From Octopus sinensis (taxonomy: Eukaryota), in the NCBI RefSeq assembly GCF_006345805.1, contig NC_043003.1, forward strand, positions 67,208,001-67,272,000: 64,000 nt of DNA, in the 5' to 3' direction. The position numbers were made by a program, and so were the translations under genes. The notes beneath the pieces were generated by a model. It did no database searches and was not told the origin of the DNA. It was given only the letters and a program-made list of their open reading frames with translations. Below, piece by piece: positions 1 through 11,723 of the stretch (position 1 is the stretch's first letter; the number at the start of each line of letters is the position of its first letter).

Positions 1-167
1 AAATATTTCATCACCTGACAAGTATTGATATTCTACAAAAAAAAAATTATTTTATCCTTGGACGGCGCTGATGCTGCCGCTCGCAAAAACGCAATAGTGT
101 ACAACGAAAAGAGCGTCATTCGAAGATTAGCAAAACCTCGCCCTCAGGCACACTCCAGGTATACTGT

Positions 168-205
168 TTTCTCTCTTATCGTTCCTCTCTCTCTTTCTTT
201 TTCTC

Positions 206-252
<47 letters not shown>

Positions 253-256
253 CTCT
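168..256. repeat. (CT)n microsatellite / polypyrimidine tract
   Basis: Directly visible ctctct run. Confidence 0.9.
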
Positions 257-2229
257 GAGTTTTAATATCTACTGCAATGACTTGTACTCTTCAGAATTCT
301 CTTTCATCATGCCATCTTCACTCAGATATTTCTGAAACTGTCGTATCGCATTTTTCCAACTTTTGTAGCGACTCCCCCGAGCCCGCATAAACACTAAGTT
401 TAGTATTTCTTTCCCAGACCGTGTTCTTTTGAAATTTCCTCTTTTACTCAGGTAATTTCCCCTGGATTTATTGCAATGATCGAAGAGAAGTTTTAATCAA
501 AACACTCTGAACGGTTTGCGAAGGGCGCTAACATCAAGGAAAGACAGTTAGAAAAATATATCTTGGATAATTTTGTTCGTTTTGCCCTTTGATATATGGT
601 CTGATATCCAAATTGTTGACAGTCACATTTTGAACGGGAAAATATTCCATCGATGGAAATTATTTCATAGGGCGTAAATATGGAGACGATGGGAGTTTGT
701 GGACCTATGATATAACCGAGAGAATTATATTTTCTAAGAGATAATATTTTTTAAAGAATTATATCACTGTTGATATTTATTCATTGAAATATTTTGAATA
801 TTGAAAAATAAGTAACATAAAATTTTAACAATCGTGATTATATTGAACAATGTCTTCTCACTTCCATTGTTTTAATGTGATTTGGTTTCATTTATGTCTT
901 TGTACACAATTCTCTGCACTTTATTGAGCGAGTGAATAGGCCCTAGCAGTAATAAAAAATATTAATGTTTCTATTTTCTTCTCTTTAATATATTGTATGA
1001 ATATCATAATATTATTGTTACTAAGTTCATGAGTATAACAAAAAGCTGTCGATGTTGGAGTACCGCTCGCCCTTTTCCATTGTGATATCAAATCCCGCAA
1101 ACTTTGACATTTGAGTCGATAGAATCAAATAACGTACCACTAAAGTATAAGAATCGATTTCATTGATTATATCGCCTGTCCTATAAACCTTTGGTATTTT
1201 GCCAAACCTAGAGATCATAATTCCAATGATTAATGGCAAGTAACTTTGAGGATGGGTAAGCTCTGTGCGATTAGCGTAATGACCTTGTTTGAAGTATTGC
1301 TTATGATTGTCTAAACTTCACTGGAATCTTTAATAACTTTGAGTCATAAACAAGACATAAACTCATAATAACGGACTGCATTCCTCTTCACCATAATTAC
1401 AAAGTGTTATGTCTATGTTAGAAATCAATATATTTAAGTGAGAATGCCACTGAACACTAAGAGAAAACAAATAGTTACACACTTTAATTTTCAACCTCAA
1501 AAAGAAAGTGAAACGAAAATAAACAAGCCTCTTGTGTCAGATTTCCTGCTTAAGAAATCTCTATAGTGCGGCATAAAAATAGTCAATAGGAATCAATTTC
1601 CTATTGATTCCCAACCAAAATACTTCCATATGGTTTCGCTAGAGAACTTTGGCGTTTATGCAAAGTATTATATTGACACTCAGCGTGACAGTGTGCTTTT
1701 AAAGGAGTCCAACAAAGCCATTGACTTTTCGTTTGGTTCTTTGTATTTCCCAATTTTGTCAATAATAATGCTGTTTTCCTTTTCCGTTGGCTACAATAGA
1801 ATAGTTGAGTTTTATGTTCACGAAATCTGCCGAAAGGTGATTATCTGACAATAGCAATATAAAAACACGAAGATCCACAGTCAATAACTAACAGCTCCAG
1901 GCATATGCAAATCACGGCTTGATAGTGTTTCTATTGTAAGGAATAATTGGGTTTCATCTATGTTTCACTTTTAGAATGGTTCTGTCAGTGGAAGTTGGTT
2001 TTAACATTGTCAATTATTCCAAAACTTTGGCACTGTACCTTTCTCCTTTTGTAGATTGCAGATTACACATTGAATATTTATTAGTACATTAGTCTGCAGT
2101 AAATGTTTTTTTAAATTTAAAATAAGGGTAAATATTGTGAGGCACATAATATTTTTTTAACTATTTCACTACATACTTATGACTGGTGTAGGAAACTTTC
2201 TTTGAGGTTACTTCGGAAAAGGTTCCGGT

Positions 2230-2402
2230 TGAGTTTTCAAAACCGCAAAAAAAAACCTCTCATCTTTCGGAAAATGGGTTGTGTCTATAAAAACTTTATA
2301 ATCACAGGGTATTGAAACTTCAGTGAGTTAAGATAAATAATGCAATTTCGAATGGATACTGTCGAAGAATTTGCACATGAATAAGTTTTGAAACCCTTCG
2401 TA
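2230..2402 (+). mobile_element. Possible highly decayed 3' end of a mariner-like transposon
   Basis: Resembles the mariner C-terminal GI..L..RW..C...G.YVE coding tail (gggtattgaaactt...aatggatactgtcgaa) and ends in a TIR-like ttttgaaacccttcgta. No open frame. Confidence 0.3.
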
Positions 2403-2487
2403 CGACAAGGAAATGCAGACAACACACTAACATACAAACACACACCAACTACACACAAACATACTCACTTATACAGATACATTTGTG

Positions 2488-2520
<33 letters not shown>

Positions 2521-4459
2521 CAAGCATCTATATATTACATACGCATGTGCGCTATACATTTTAAAACTATATGTCGATATATGCAGAACTATACCTGTGC
2601 GTGTATAAATCAGGTGTGTTTGAGAAACCTTTTGTGTGATCAAGGTCATATAAACCTACTCATTTTTCTTTTGTCTTTAGCTACCTCTTTGACCACCGCT
2701 GCTTCCATCCTGCTAAAGGCCCCTGTTTAAATTTTATGTTTAAATTGATGCTCCTCATTGGAATATTTCTGATTCTACTCTTTCTTTTTCTCTCTCTCTC
2801 TCTCACCCTCTCTCTCCTCTCTCACTTTCTCTTTTGTCACTCCTGCATGTCTTTTTATTCTCTGTAGCTCTATCATTATACAGTCAACATTTCATTCATT
2901 CCTCTTTTTTCTCTCTCTCTGTTACTCACAGGGCTTTTATTGTTTTTATTACTATCTCTTCTTTGTTTTCTGCTGCGCTAACATTTTAGCTTCACTTCAT
3001 GTCACTCCTCTCTCATATGACCAATCACCACTTCTTTCTCCAAGCCCTGTCCCTATCTTTGTTCCATTCATTTTAATGAACTTAGGCGGGATGATAAATT
3101 GCGTGAGTGTGAGTTCAAATTTTATTCACTAAATTCAACTAAATTAAGCTTTCTGTATTAATATAAATGCAATTGTGAATTAATGAATGCAATTGCCAGG
3201 CATAACAAAGGCGCTGGTTGATTGGCAAAAGTGAGCGCTCAATCAAAAATTCGATGCGGAGAATGTATGGAAATATATGCAAATATGAGGGGAGCAGTTG
3301 GAAAGGGAAGTTAACAGTGTAGAAGATAAACACAATGGGAGTTAGAAAAAGATGATCCATGAAAATTGAATATCTGCGCCATATAGCGGAAGTGAGAGAC
3401 TCTAGCTGCTCTCCTTCATTTAAACGTGGAAGAACAAATTTACAAAAGTGAAGAAATCAAGGCATCACGGCTGAATGCCAGCATCGTATAAGGTATGCCT
3501 ACGCCAATCGATGACTGCATGCTGTATAAGCTGGTCAAAATGAATATCTTTACTTATGGCCTCTTCTCTATAGACTTGTGAGAGACAATAGAATTTCAAG
3601 ATCACGGAAAAGGCAAAGGTAAAGTTTGTGAGGTTACACAGAGTAAAGAGTGTAATGTCTTAGGCAGATACTGCCGTAGTAGGATGTCTATTGGGATATT
3701 CCAGCATCAAGTAATTAGATGTCAAACAGCCAAAAGCCTCAGAATTTTTAACACCATGCCACTGAAATGCTGCGAAGTATGCAATCTATCTTGCCGTTTC
3801 TCAAATATTATGATAATGTTACCAAAGATCCAAACATCAAGATGAATAGACTTACGTCTCTTTGGAATTGGCTACGAACAAGAAATCTGTAATGCAGCCC
3901 TAACTGGAATTGAGAAGACGATCAGGAATATATAAAAATATGGCCTAACGCAACAGAATACCAATGAACACAACAATTAATCCACAGTCGTCTGAAGGAA
4001 ACTCCGTGAAATATAACCCACTATTGACATATTATGGTCATGAATTCTAAATGGCTGCACCTTACAGAGTAGCCTATCATTTTATTTCGCCCCCTTTTTG
4101 CTTTTCTTTCTCTCTTTCTCCTTTTACCACCCAAAACACACACAGCAAATTGTTTCTCGTCTTGTAAACAAAGCAAAACAGCACCGATTCATATAAATGA
4201 ACACCGAAACGTTCTGATTTGACCATTTCCATTCTGTCTTGACGAGATCGATAAACGAACGAAAGTGCTAATAAAGAATTGCCCACAATTCTGACTGCCT
4301 CCTTTTTCTCAATATACAATATCAGCACACCACTTCAAACATTCTATACATACATATATACATATATATATATACATACATATATATATACATACATATA
4401 TATATATACATACATATATATATATATACATACATATATATACATATAGATATATCTAT

Positions 4460-4670
4460 GATTGATTGATTGATTGATTGATTCTAGTTTCAGCTTATGA
4501 GCTGTGGCCATGCTGGGGCACCGCCATTTGGTGTTGCTACTTGGTTTCACTTCATGGAGGCTTTCTAGCAACTGCTATTTGGTGCATGAGAGAGTTCGAT
4601 GCAGCTGCCCTCATCTGCCCCTCCTGCCGTGAAGTTGGTTCATCTGGGACACCTGACAGGAAGAGATCCA
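4460..4670 (-). mobile_element. 3'-terminal fragment of CR1/L2-group LINE (family L-A) with (AATC)n tail
   Basis: Minus strand encodes LDLFLSGVPDEPTSRQEGQMRAAASNSLMHQ*, homologous to the ORF ends at 6473-6718 and 52110-52373. Followed by ggcggtgccccagcatggccacagctcataagctgaaac. Flanked by identical 54-bp repeats at 4406-4459 and 4671-4724. Confidence 0.9.
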
Positions 4671-4764
4671 ATACATACATATATATATATATACATACAT
4701 ATATATACATATAGATATATCTATATATATATTTATATATACACACACGCACATACACACACAC

Positions 4765-4834
<70 letters not shown>

Positions 4835-4840
<6 letters not shown>

Positions 4841-5540
4841 ATATAAATTGGACATGGGCGATCGTTGTATTCTTTCTTGTCTTGAGGTTCACACCCAAAC
4901 GGCTGGGTGGATTCGGGTGAAAAATGACACACATGTGGATACGGGTGTATGCATTGGAATGCGGTTAGTATATTTTTTATAGTCCCCATACTTACAGAGA
5001 AAATCTATTAAAACTTTTCTAATGGAATTCCCCTGTTTGTTCCGCCATTAAAACAACTAGTTGCTCCGACAGCATGCATGTAGCATTTTGCTAGCAACAA
5101 AGGGAGTACAGGATGACAATCAGCCAAAACTTTCTCGCTATGCTGTCTCTCTACTTTCACCTCCTTGTGGGGTTTGCCTTAAAAGACGTCAATCATCACG
5201 ACACACACGTTCACTCACTCTGTCTCTCTTTATCACCTTCTTTCTCTCACACATACACAGGCGCAAGCACAGACGCACGCACGCACACACGCGCACACGC
5301 ACGCACACACGCGCACACGCACGTCCATTTAAAATATCTTCTTTCAATTTCTGCTCTCTGCAAATAAATTTTTTACAGATACAACTGCTTACAGAAATAG
5401 GGATTGATGTATAATTTCTTTCTATGTTCTTAATTAAATCAATGTTTTAATGATTAGACAGAGGTCCAGTAGAATAGCTCTCAGAAACAAACTACGTACA
5501 AATACGTCAATCATCACGACACACCCCTTCACTCACTCAT
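4835..5540 (+). mobile_element. Possible decayed non-autonomous Helitron-like element
   Basis: caaacggctgggtggattcgggtgaaaaatgacacacat resembles the internal motif of the Helitron at 20093-20475. Contains a ~35-bp internal direct repeat (5186-5220 / 5505-5539). No 3' CTAG end seen. Confidence 0.3.
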
Positions 5541-5545
5541 ATATA

Positions 5546-6789
5546 TATGGATGTAATATACCTTGATATTGCAAAAGCTTTTGACAAGGTGGATTATAGT
5601 ATGATATGCAACAAACTGCGTGACCTTGGCATAGCTGGAAAACTTGGAGTGTGGTTACATGACTTCCTGAAAGATAGTGGTCAGGCAGTAGTGGCTAATG
5701 GAACCACCTCTATGAACACACAAATAGTGAGCGGTGTTCCACAGGGCACTGTCTTGGGACCACTACTTTTTATAGTGGCCCTATCAGATATGCCCTCAAA
5801 TGCCAGGATAGCCACTCTGGCAAGCTATGCAGATGTTACGAAAGTCTCGCAGAAAATAAGGAACCCCAGCGATATTGCACACCTGCAGCAGGAGTTGGAC
5901 TCAATTTACAGATGGGCTGAGGATAATAATATGCAGTTTAATGCTGAACAATTCCAGACCCTGTGCTACCAGCATCCAAAACTGAATATCAAACCTACAA
6001 GGTACACCGGTCCACTGGCAATTTCAATCCCAGAGCCTAAGTCAGTGAGGGACCTGGGTATTGACATGAGTGATGATACCTCTTTCCAAGTGCACATTAC
6101 CAGGATGGCGGCAAAGTGCAGACGGCTGGCTGGATGGATCCTAAGAACATTCAGAACCAGAGATAAGCAAACCATGATGGTCCTCTGGCGGACATTCGTC
6201 CTCAGCCGCCTAGATTACTGCTCAGAGCTATGGTCACCTACCAGTGTGAGATTAACAGCGGACGATGAAGCAATCCAAAGAAGATTCACAAAGAAGATCG
6301 TCTCTTTGCAACAGCTCAGCTACTGGGAAAGGTTGAAACAGCTCTACTCCCCGGAGAGAAGCCGGGAGAGGTATGCAGTAATACATATCTGGAAGATCCT
6401 GGAAGGAATTTTGCCAAATTTTGGCATTGAAAGCTACACCAATGCCGGAACAGGACGACACTGCATGGTGCAGTGCCATCACGCTTCAGGACCAGCTTCT
6501 GCAATAGCCTGGGTTTCAAGGGCCCTCAGCTTTTTAATATTCTCCCAAAGAGTATGAGGGACTTGCACAAAGTAGATGTAGGGGTTTTAAAATCAAAGCT
6601 GGACCTCTTCCTGTCGAGAGTCCCAGATGAGCCTACCTCATGGCAAGAGGTGCAAATGAGGGTAGCTATATCAAACTCCATTCTTCATCAAGTGCCGCAT
6701 ATTAGAGGAGGCTCCTAGTAATAACAGCATAGCGCAAAACGGCGGTGCATCAGCATGGCCGCAGCTCTTAGCTGGGACATAAAATAAAT

Positions 6790-6793
<4 letters not shown>
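5546..6793 (+). mobile_element. 5'-truncated CR1/L2-group LINE (family L-A): RT, C-terminus, 3'UTR and A-rich tail
   Basis: RT motifs YLDIAKAFDKV, SGVPQGTVLGPLLF, YADVTK; C-terminal LDYCS.LWSP and GPQLFNILP; 3' motif ggcggtgcatcagcatggccgcagctcttagctg; flanked by (TA)n. Confidence 0.93.
5547..6718 (+). pseudogene. LINE ORF2 reverse transcriptase remnant (frameshift near 6470; YADD mutated to YADV)
   Basis: ORFs 5547-6557 and 6473-6718 join into one ORF2 C-terminal half. Confidence 0.88.
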
Positions 6794-6822
<29 letters not shown>

Positions 6823-6830
<8 letters not shown>

Positions 6831-7827
6831 TTAATAAGGGTGAGAGAATTAGATACTAATTTAATAGCATATCTATTCAACACCAAGTGGCCCAGGGCCT
6901 CGAGAAACCTGGATTATTATAATATTTTATAATATATTATAATATTTTATACAAAAATAAATATAAGAGAATGGTCACTATGTGGCTCATTCTAGAACTA
7001 GAAAATCCAAAAGGTTTCAACCACAAAAATACATGTTTCCTATGAAAGTCAGTACGATTGTTAGCTCACACGAACAGGGCAAATAAAAAATAACAAAAAT
7101 ACAGTTTATTTTGGGACAATTGTTTCGCTATTAATGAATTAAATGTAATTTTACTTACAAAAAACCCACTTGTAGCTCCTCAGCCAAAACTATCTGGATG
7201 AAATCCACTCAATCACACGCCAGATTTTACCATAACGATAAATACCCGTGTGGTTCAATTGATTACATCCGACGTTATAATTCAAATGCCCTTACCAACA
7301 GCGCGCCAAACTTTCACGGAAACAAATACTACATTTAGAAATAAATGTAGCATAATTATAATTAATTAATAAGGGTGAGAGAATTAGATACTAATTTAAT
7401 AGCATATCTATTCAATACCAAGTGGCCCAGTGCCTCGAGAAACCTGGATTATTATAATATTTTATAATATATTATAATATTTTATACAAAAATAAATATA
7501 AGAGAATGGTCACTATGTGGCTCATTCTAGCACTAGAAAATCCAAAAGGTTTCAACCACAAAAATACATGTTTCCTATGAAAGTCAGTACGATTGTTAGC
7601 TCACACGAACAGTGCAAATAAAAAATAACAAAAATACAGATTATTTTGGGACAATTGTTTCGCTATTAATGAATTAAATGTAATTTTACTTACAAAAAAC
7701 CCACTTGTTCGTGTGAGCTAACAATCGTACTGACTTTCATAGGAAACATGTATTTTTGTGGTTGAAACCTTTTGGATTTTCTAGTGCTAGAATGAGCCAC
7801 ATAGTGACCATTCTCTTATATTTATTT
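6823..7827 (-). mobile_element. Non-coding hammerhead-containing Penelope/retrozyme-like element: ~535-bp monomer, partial tandem copy and inverted segment, inside (TA)n
   Basis: 6823-7172 is repeated at about 7358-7708 (period 535, about 5 mismatches). 7706-7827 is the reverse complement of 7490-7611. Complete type I hammerhead at 7109-7189. (TA)n on both sides. Confidence 0.8.
7109..7189 (-). ncRNA. Type I hammerhead ribozyme
   Basis: Minus strand reads ttttgg-CTGAGGA-gcta...(long AU loop)...tagc-GAAA-caattg-TC-ccaaaa: 6-bp stem I, 4-bp stem II, palindromic minimal stem III, GUC cleavage triplet. Confidence 0.8.
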
Positions 7828-7842
7828 ATATATATATATACT

Positions 7843-8750
7843 CTTTACTCTTTTACTTGTTTCAGTCATTTGACAGTTGCCATGCTGAAGCACCGTCTTT
7901 AGTCGAGAAAATCGACCCCAGGACTTATTCTTTGTAAGCCTATTACTCATTCTATCGGTCTCTTTGCCGAACCGCTAAGTTATGGGCACGTAAACACACC
8001 AGTATCGGTTGTCAAGCAATGTTGGGAGGGTGGACAAACACAGACGCACAACCATATACACACACAAACATACATATACATACATACACATACATATACA
8101 TACATATACATATATATACATATACATATACATATATATATACATATATATACATATATATATATACATATATATATATACATATACATATACACATATA
8201 CATATACATATATACATATACGTATACACATACACATATATACATATACATATACATATATATATATATGTATATACATATACATATACATATATATATA
8301 TATACATATATATACATATATATATATATACATATACACATAAATATATTTTTTCACTGCCTACAAGGGGATAAATATAGAGGAGACAAACAAGGATAGA
8401 GAAACGGATTAAGTCGATTACATCGACCCTAGTGCAAAACTGGTACTTTATTTATCGACCCCGAAAGAATGAAAGGCAAAGTCGACCTCGGCGGGATTTG
8501 AACTCAAAACGACAGACGAAATACCGCTAAGCATTTATCCCAGCGCGCTAACGTTTCTGCCAGCTCACCGCCTTCATACATATATACGACGAGCTTCTTT
8601 CTGTTTCCGTCTACCAAATCCACTCACAAGGCTTTGGTCGGTCCGCGGCTATAGCAGAAGACACTAGATTAAGGTGCCACGCAGTGGGACTGAACCCGGA
8701 ACTATGTGGATGGTAAGCAAGCTCCTTACCACAAAGCCACTCCTATGCCT
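7843..8750 (-). mobile_element. tRNA-derived SINE type A with expanded internal microsatellite and a nested SINE B
   Basis: Head aggcataggagtggct...gggttcagtcccactgcgtggcacc (A/B-box-like) at about 8587-8750. Tail ...ggtgcttcagcatggc..ctgtcaaatgactgaaacaagtaaaaga at 7843-8040. Many paralogues in the window. Confidence 0.85.
8355..8575 (-). mobile_element. tRNA-derived SINE type B
   Basis: Head aaggcggtgagctggcagaaacgttagc...gagttcaaatcccgccgaggtcgactttgcctttcat...gtcgataaataaagtaccag; about 9 paralogues in the window. Confidence 0.85.
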
Positions 8751-9601
8751 ATATGTATATATATATATATTTCTATTTGTTGTCTAAACATATGCGCTTG
8801 TGCATACATGTCTAAAGTCACATAAGCGTCTTTCGTTTCATTTTGTAACAGTTGTCATGGAATATATGATGCAAAGGCCTGTGTTAAGCAATATTTCACT
8901 ATACATCGGTGGTGGTGGTTGTGGTGGTTGTGGTGGCGCTAGGGATTCTGATATCAACAACAGAAGCATTGATTATACATCGCTTATCTATCCTTAATGT
9001 TAATTCATAATTACCCTTTTGTTTTGATTATCGATATTATTTTTTATCAGAAATCCTTCAATTGCTTTCCATTCTGCAGAGAGTAGTATATTGTTTATTT
9101 GCTGTTCATATATTTCTAAACGTGTTGTCTTCCTCCAATCAACATTGCTTGTGATTGCTATCATAAGACTGCGTACTTGCTGGGTTTTTTTTTTTGTATG
9201 AATACATGTGACTATGCGTTTGTGCTTCTCCAACAAGAAATCACCGAAAATAAAATAGCTAACATAACTGATAACAACGAAGCCAACACACAGATACACA
9301 TACACCCCTGTCTCAATATACAGAGAAAATATGATAGAAGCACAGAGTTACACCTACACACATGTCCACACGATGTCGGCATAATACATACGCATGTCCA
9401 GCGAAATATCTACTCGGAAAATGCAAATATGAAGCACCACAAAATAGGTCACGGAAAAGGACATTAATTAAAAATGAAATAAATATACGTGACAGATATG
9501 TGCTTTTTCATTATCAGAATAAACGTATTTAAGGGTCGATTCGTTAACAATAAAGGACTAGAACAAATACTTGATTTATAATTAGCAGAACGCCATTGAA
9601 T

Positions 9602-9609
9602 TGATAATG

Positions 9610-9689
<80 letters not shown>

Positions 9690-9693
9690 AATA
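9602..9693. repeat. (TAA)n microsatellite
   Basis: Directly visible. Confidence 0.95.
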
Positions 9694-9730
9694 ACTATTT
9701 ATATATGTGTGTGTGTGTGTGTGTGTGTAA

Positions 9731-9880
9731 AGCGCAGGAGTGGCTGTGTGGTAAGAATTTTGCTATGGAACCACACGCCCCCCAGGCTCAGTCCTAATGC
9801 GTCGTGGCACTTTGGTCAAGTGTCTTCTACTATAGCTTCGGACCGACCAAAGCCTTTGATTGGACTTGAAGCTCGTCGTG

Positions 9881-9930
<50 letters not shown>

Positions 9931-10165
9931 TGTGTGTGTGTGTGTGTGTGTGCGTGTGTTTATGTGTGTGTGTATGCTGGTACTTATATGTGTATGTCTG
10001 TGATTGTCCCCACGCCATGTCTTGACAACCGATGATCGTGTGTTTATATCCCCGAAACTTAATGATTCAGCAACAGAGATTGATAGAAGTACTAGTGATA
10101 CAAAGAAGAAGTCCTGGGGTCGATTTCTTCTACTAAAGTCCTTTACGGTGGTGAGCCTGCATGGC
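9731..10165 (+). mobile_element. SINE type A
   Basis: gcgcaggagtggctgtgtggtaag head, caagtgtcttctactatagc central block, internal (TG)n, tail to gcatggc. Confidence 0.82.
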
Positions 10166-10169
10166 TAGG

Positions 10170-11312
10170 GTGCAAACAGATGGCAGCATACGGTTGTGAG
10201 GGCAATGAGAGCTAGCAGTAACGTTCATGAGGCGTTGTGCCGATTGACATCGATGCATTTACTTGGAAAGTTGCGAAATGAAATTTGTGCTTTCGTGATC
10301 ACGTGTTTGCTGTTATCTGCGATTTTGTAATCGACAGAAGCAATGAGCCAATGTAAAACTTTATGTTGAACTTGCGGTGTCTGCCACAGAGACATTGAGC
10401 ATGCTTTGGCAAGATTACGTCGATGAGACAATGGGTCGTACGCAATATTTTAAGTGGAGTGGGTGATTCAAAAGTGGGCGGGCGTCCGTAGAAGACAATG
10501 GGCGATCTGGAAAACCTGCCACGAGCGTCACCCCTGAAATGTGGTATGGTGCTTCCAAAATTCGTACTTTACGACCAGACTACCGATCGGGATTTCTTCA
10601 GCGAAGCTTTGACGTGTTTGAAGGAGGACATTATGCGAAAGCGACCACAGCTTTGTGAGTGGATTTGGTAGACGGAAACAGAAAGTAGCCCGTCGGAAAC
10701 GCGTAGTCAATTTAATATTTGATTTGTTTTGAGATTTTAGAATAATAATTATAAGATATTTAATTCATTTCTATGTGGTTATTATAGATAATTTCTTTTC
10801 ACCATTGATAGAATAATCAAATAGCGGTTTGTCTCTAAATTCTCTCTCTCTCTCTCTCTCTGTATATATATATAATATATAATATATATTGTGAATTTTG
10901 ATTTAATGTGCCAAATTGAAAGTTTGTGGGACGCGAATAATTGGATTCTTCCCGATGAAAATGCAACGTGTCACCCAGCTTGCCTCACTCGTGGCATTTC
11001 TCGATCAAAGCAGCATGGTATCGCTTCCACACACGCTCTATTTGCCCGATTTAGTACCTACGAACTTCCATCGCTTCCCCAAAATGAAAAGGCAGCAGCT
11101 CAAATGTGCCATTTAAATACCAGAACGAATCACAGAAGGTCTTCGACTCGCTTACGCAAAATGATTTCCAAGCGAGATTCCGAAAGTGGACCGAAAGCTG
11201 GGACCGGTATATTGCCGCGCAAAGTAACTATTTCAAAGATGCTATTAAAACTAAGGTAGATAAGGATAAGTTAGTAAATATAACTAGCCCGGGACCTTTT
11301 TGGTGCCACCTT
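10170..11312 (+). mobile_element. Decayed mariner-family DNA transposon interrupted by other inserts
   Basis: About 10350-10540 encodes SATETLSML..DYVDETMGRTQYFKW...FKSGRASVEDNGRSGKP (mariner HTH). About 10930-11240 encodes WIL.DENATCH, LPHTLYLPDLVP (YSPDLAP-like) and FRKWTESWDRYIAAQSNYF. TIR-like end gacctttttggtgccaccttgt. Confidence 0.8.
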
Positions 11313-11350
11313 GTGTGTGTGTGTGTGTGTGTGTGTATTTATATATATAT

Positions 11351-11672
11351 AGGAGCACTCCGTCGGTTACGACGACGAGGGTCCCAACTGATATGATCAA
11401 CGGAATAGCTTGCTTGTGAAATTAACGTGCAAGTGGCAGAGCACTCTACAGAAACGTGTACCCTTAACGTAGTTCTCAGGAAAATTCAGCGTCACGCAGA
11501 GTGTGACAAGGCTGGCTTTCCGAGATGCACTTATTACGCATTTTTACTGAGTGGATTGGAGCAACGTGAAATAAATTGTCTTGCTCAAGGAAAGAACGCG
11601 TTGCTGGGAATTGCTTTCACGACCTTACGATCGTGAGTGGAATGCTCCAACCACTAAGTCACGCGCCTTCAC
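11351..11672 (-). mobile_element. tRNA(Arg)-like SINE type C
   Basis: Head gtgaaggcgcgtgacttagtggttggagc..ctcacgatcgtaagg then ccttgagcaagac..tatttcacgttgctcc; the head is shared with 48524-48870 but the 3' body differs. Confidence 0.8.
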
Positions 11673-11685
11673 GCACGCACACACA

Positions 11686-11723
<38 letters not shown>

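Noticed and set aside
300-1900. Moderately complex sequence and ORFs 1027-1239 and 1630-1848 as a possible gene or transposase
   Set aside because: No recognisable motif in any frame I could read; stops throughout.
3050-4070. Purine-rich stretch resembling decayed coding DNA
   Set aside because: No assignable protein motifs.
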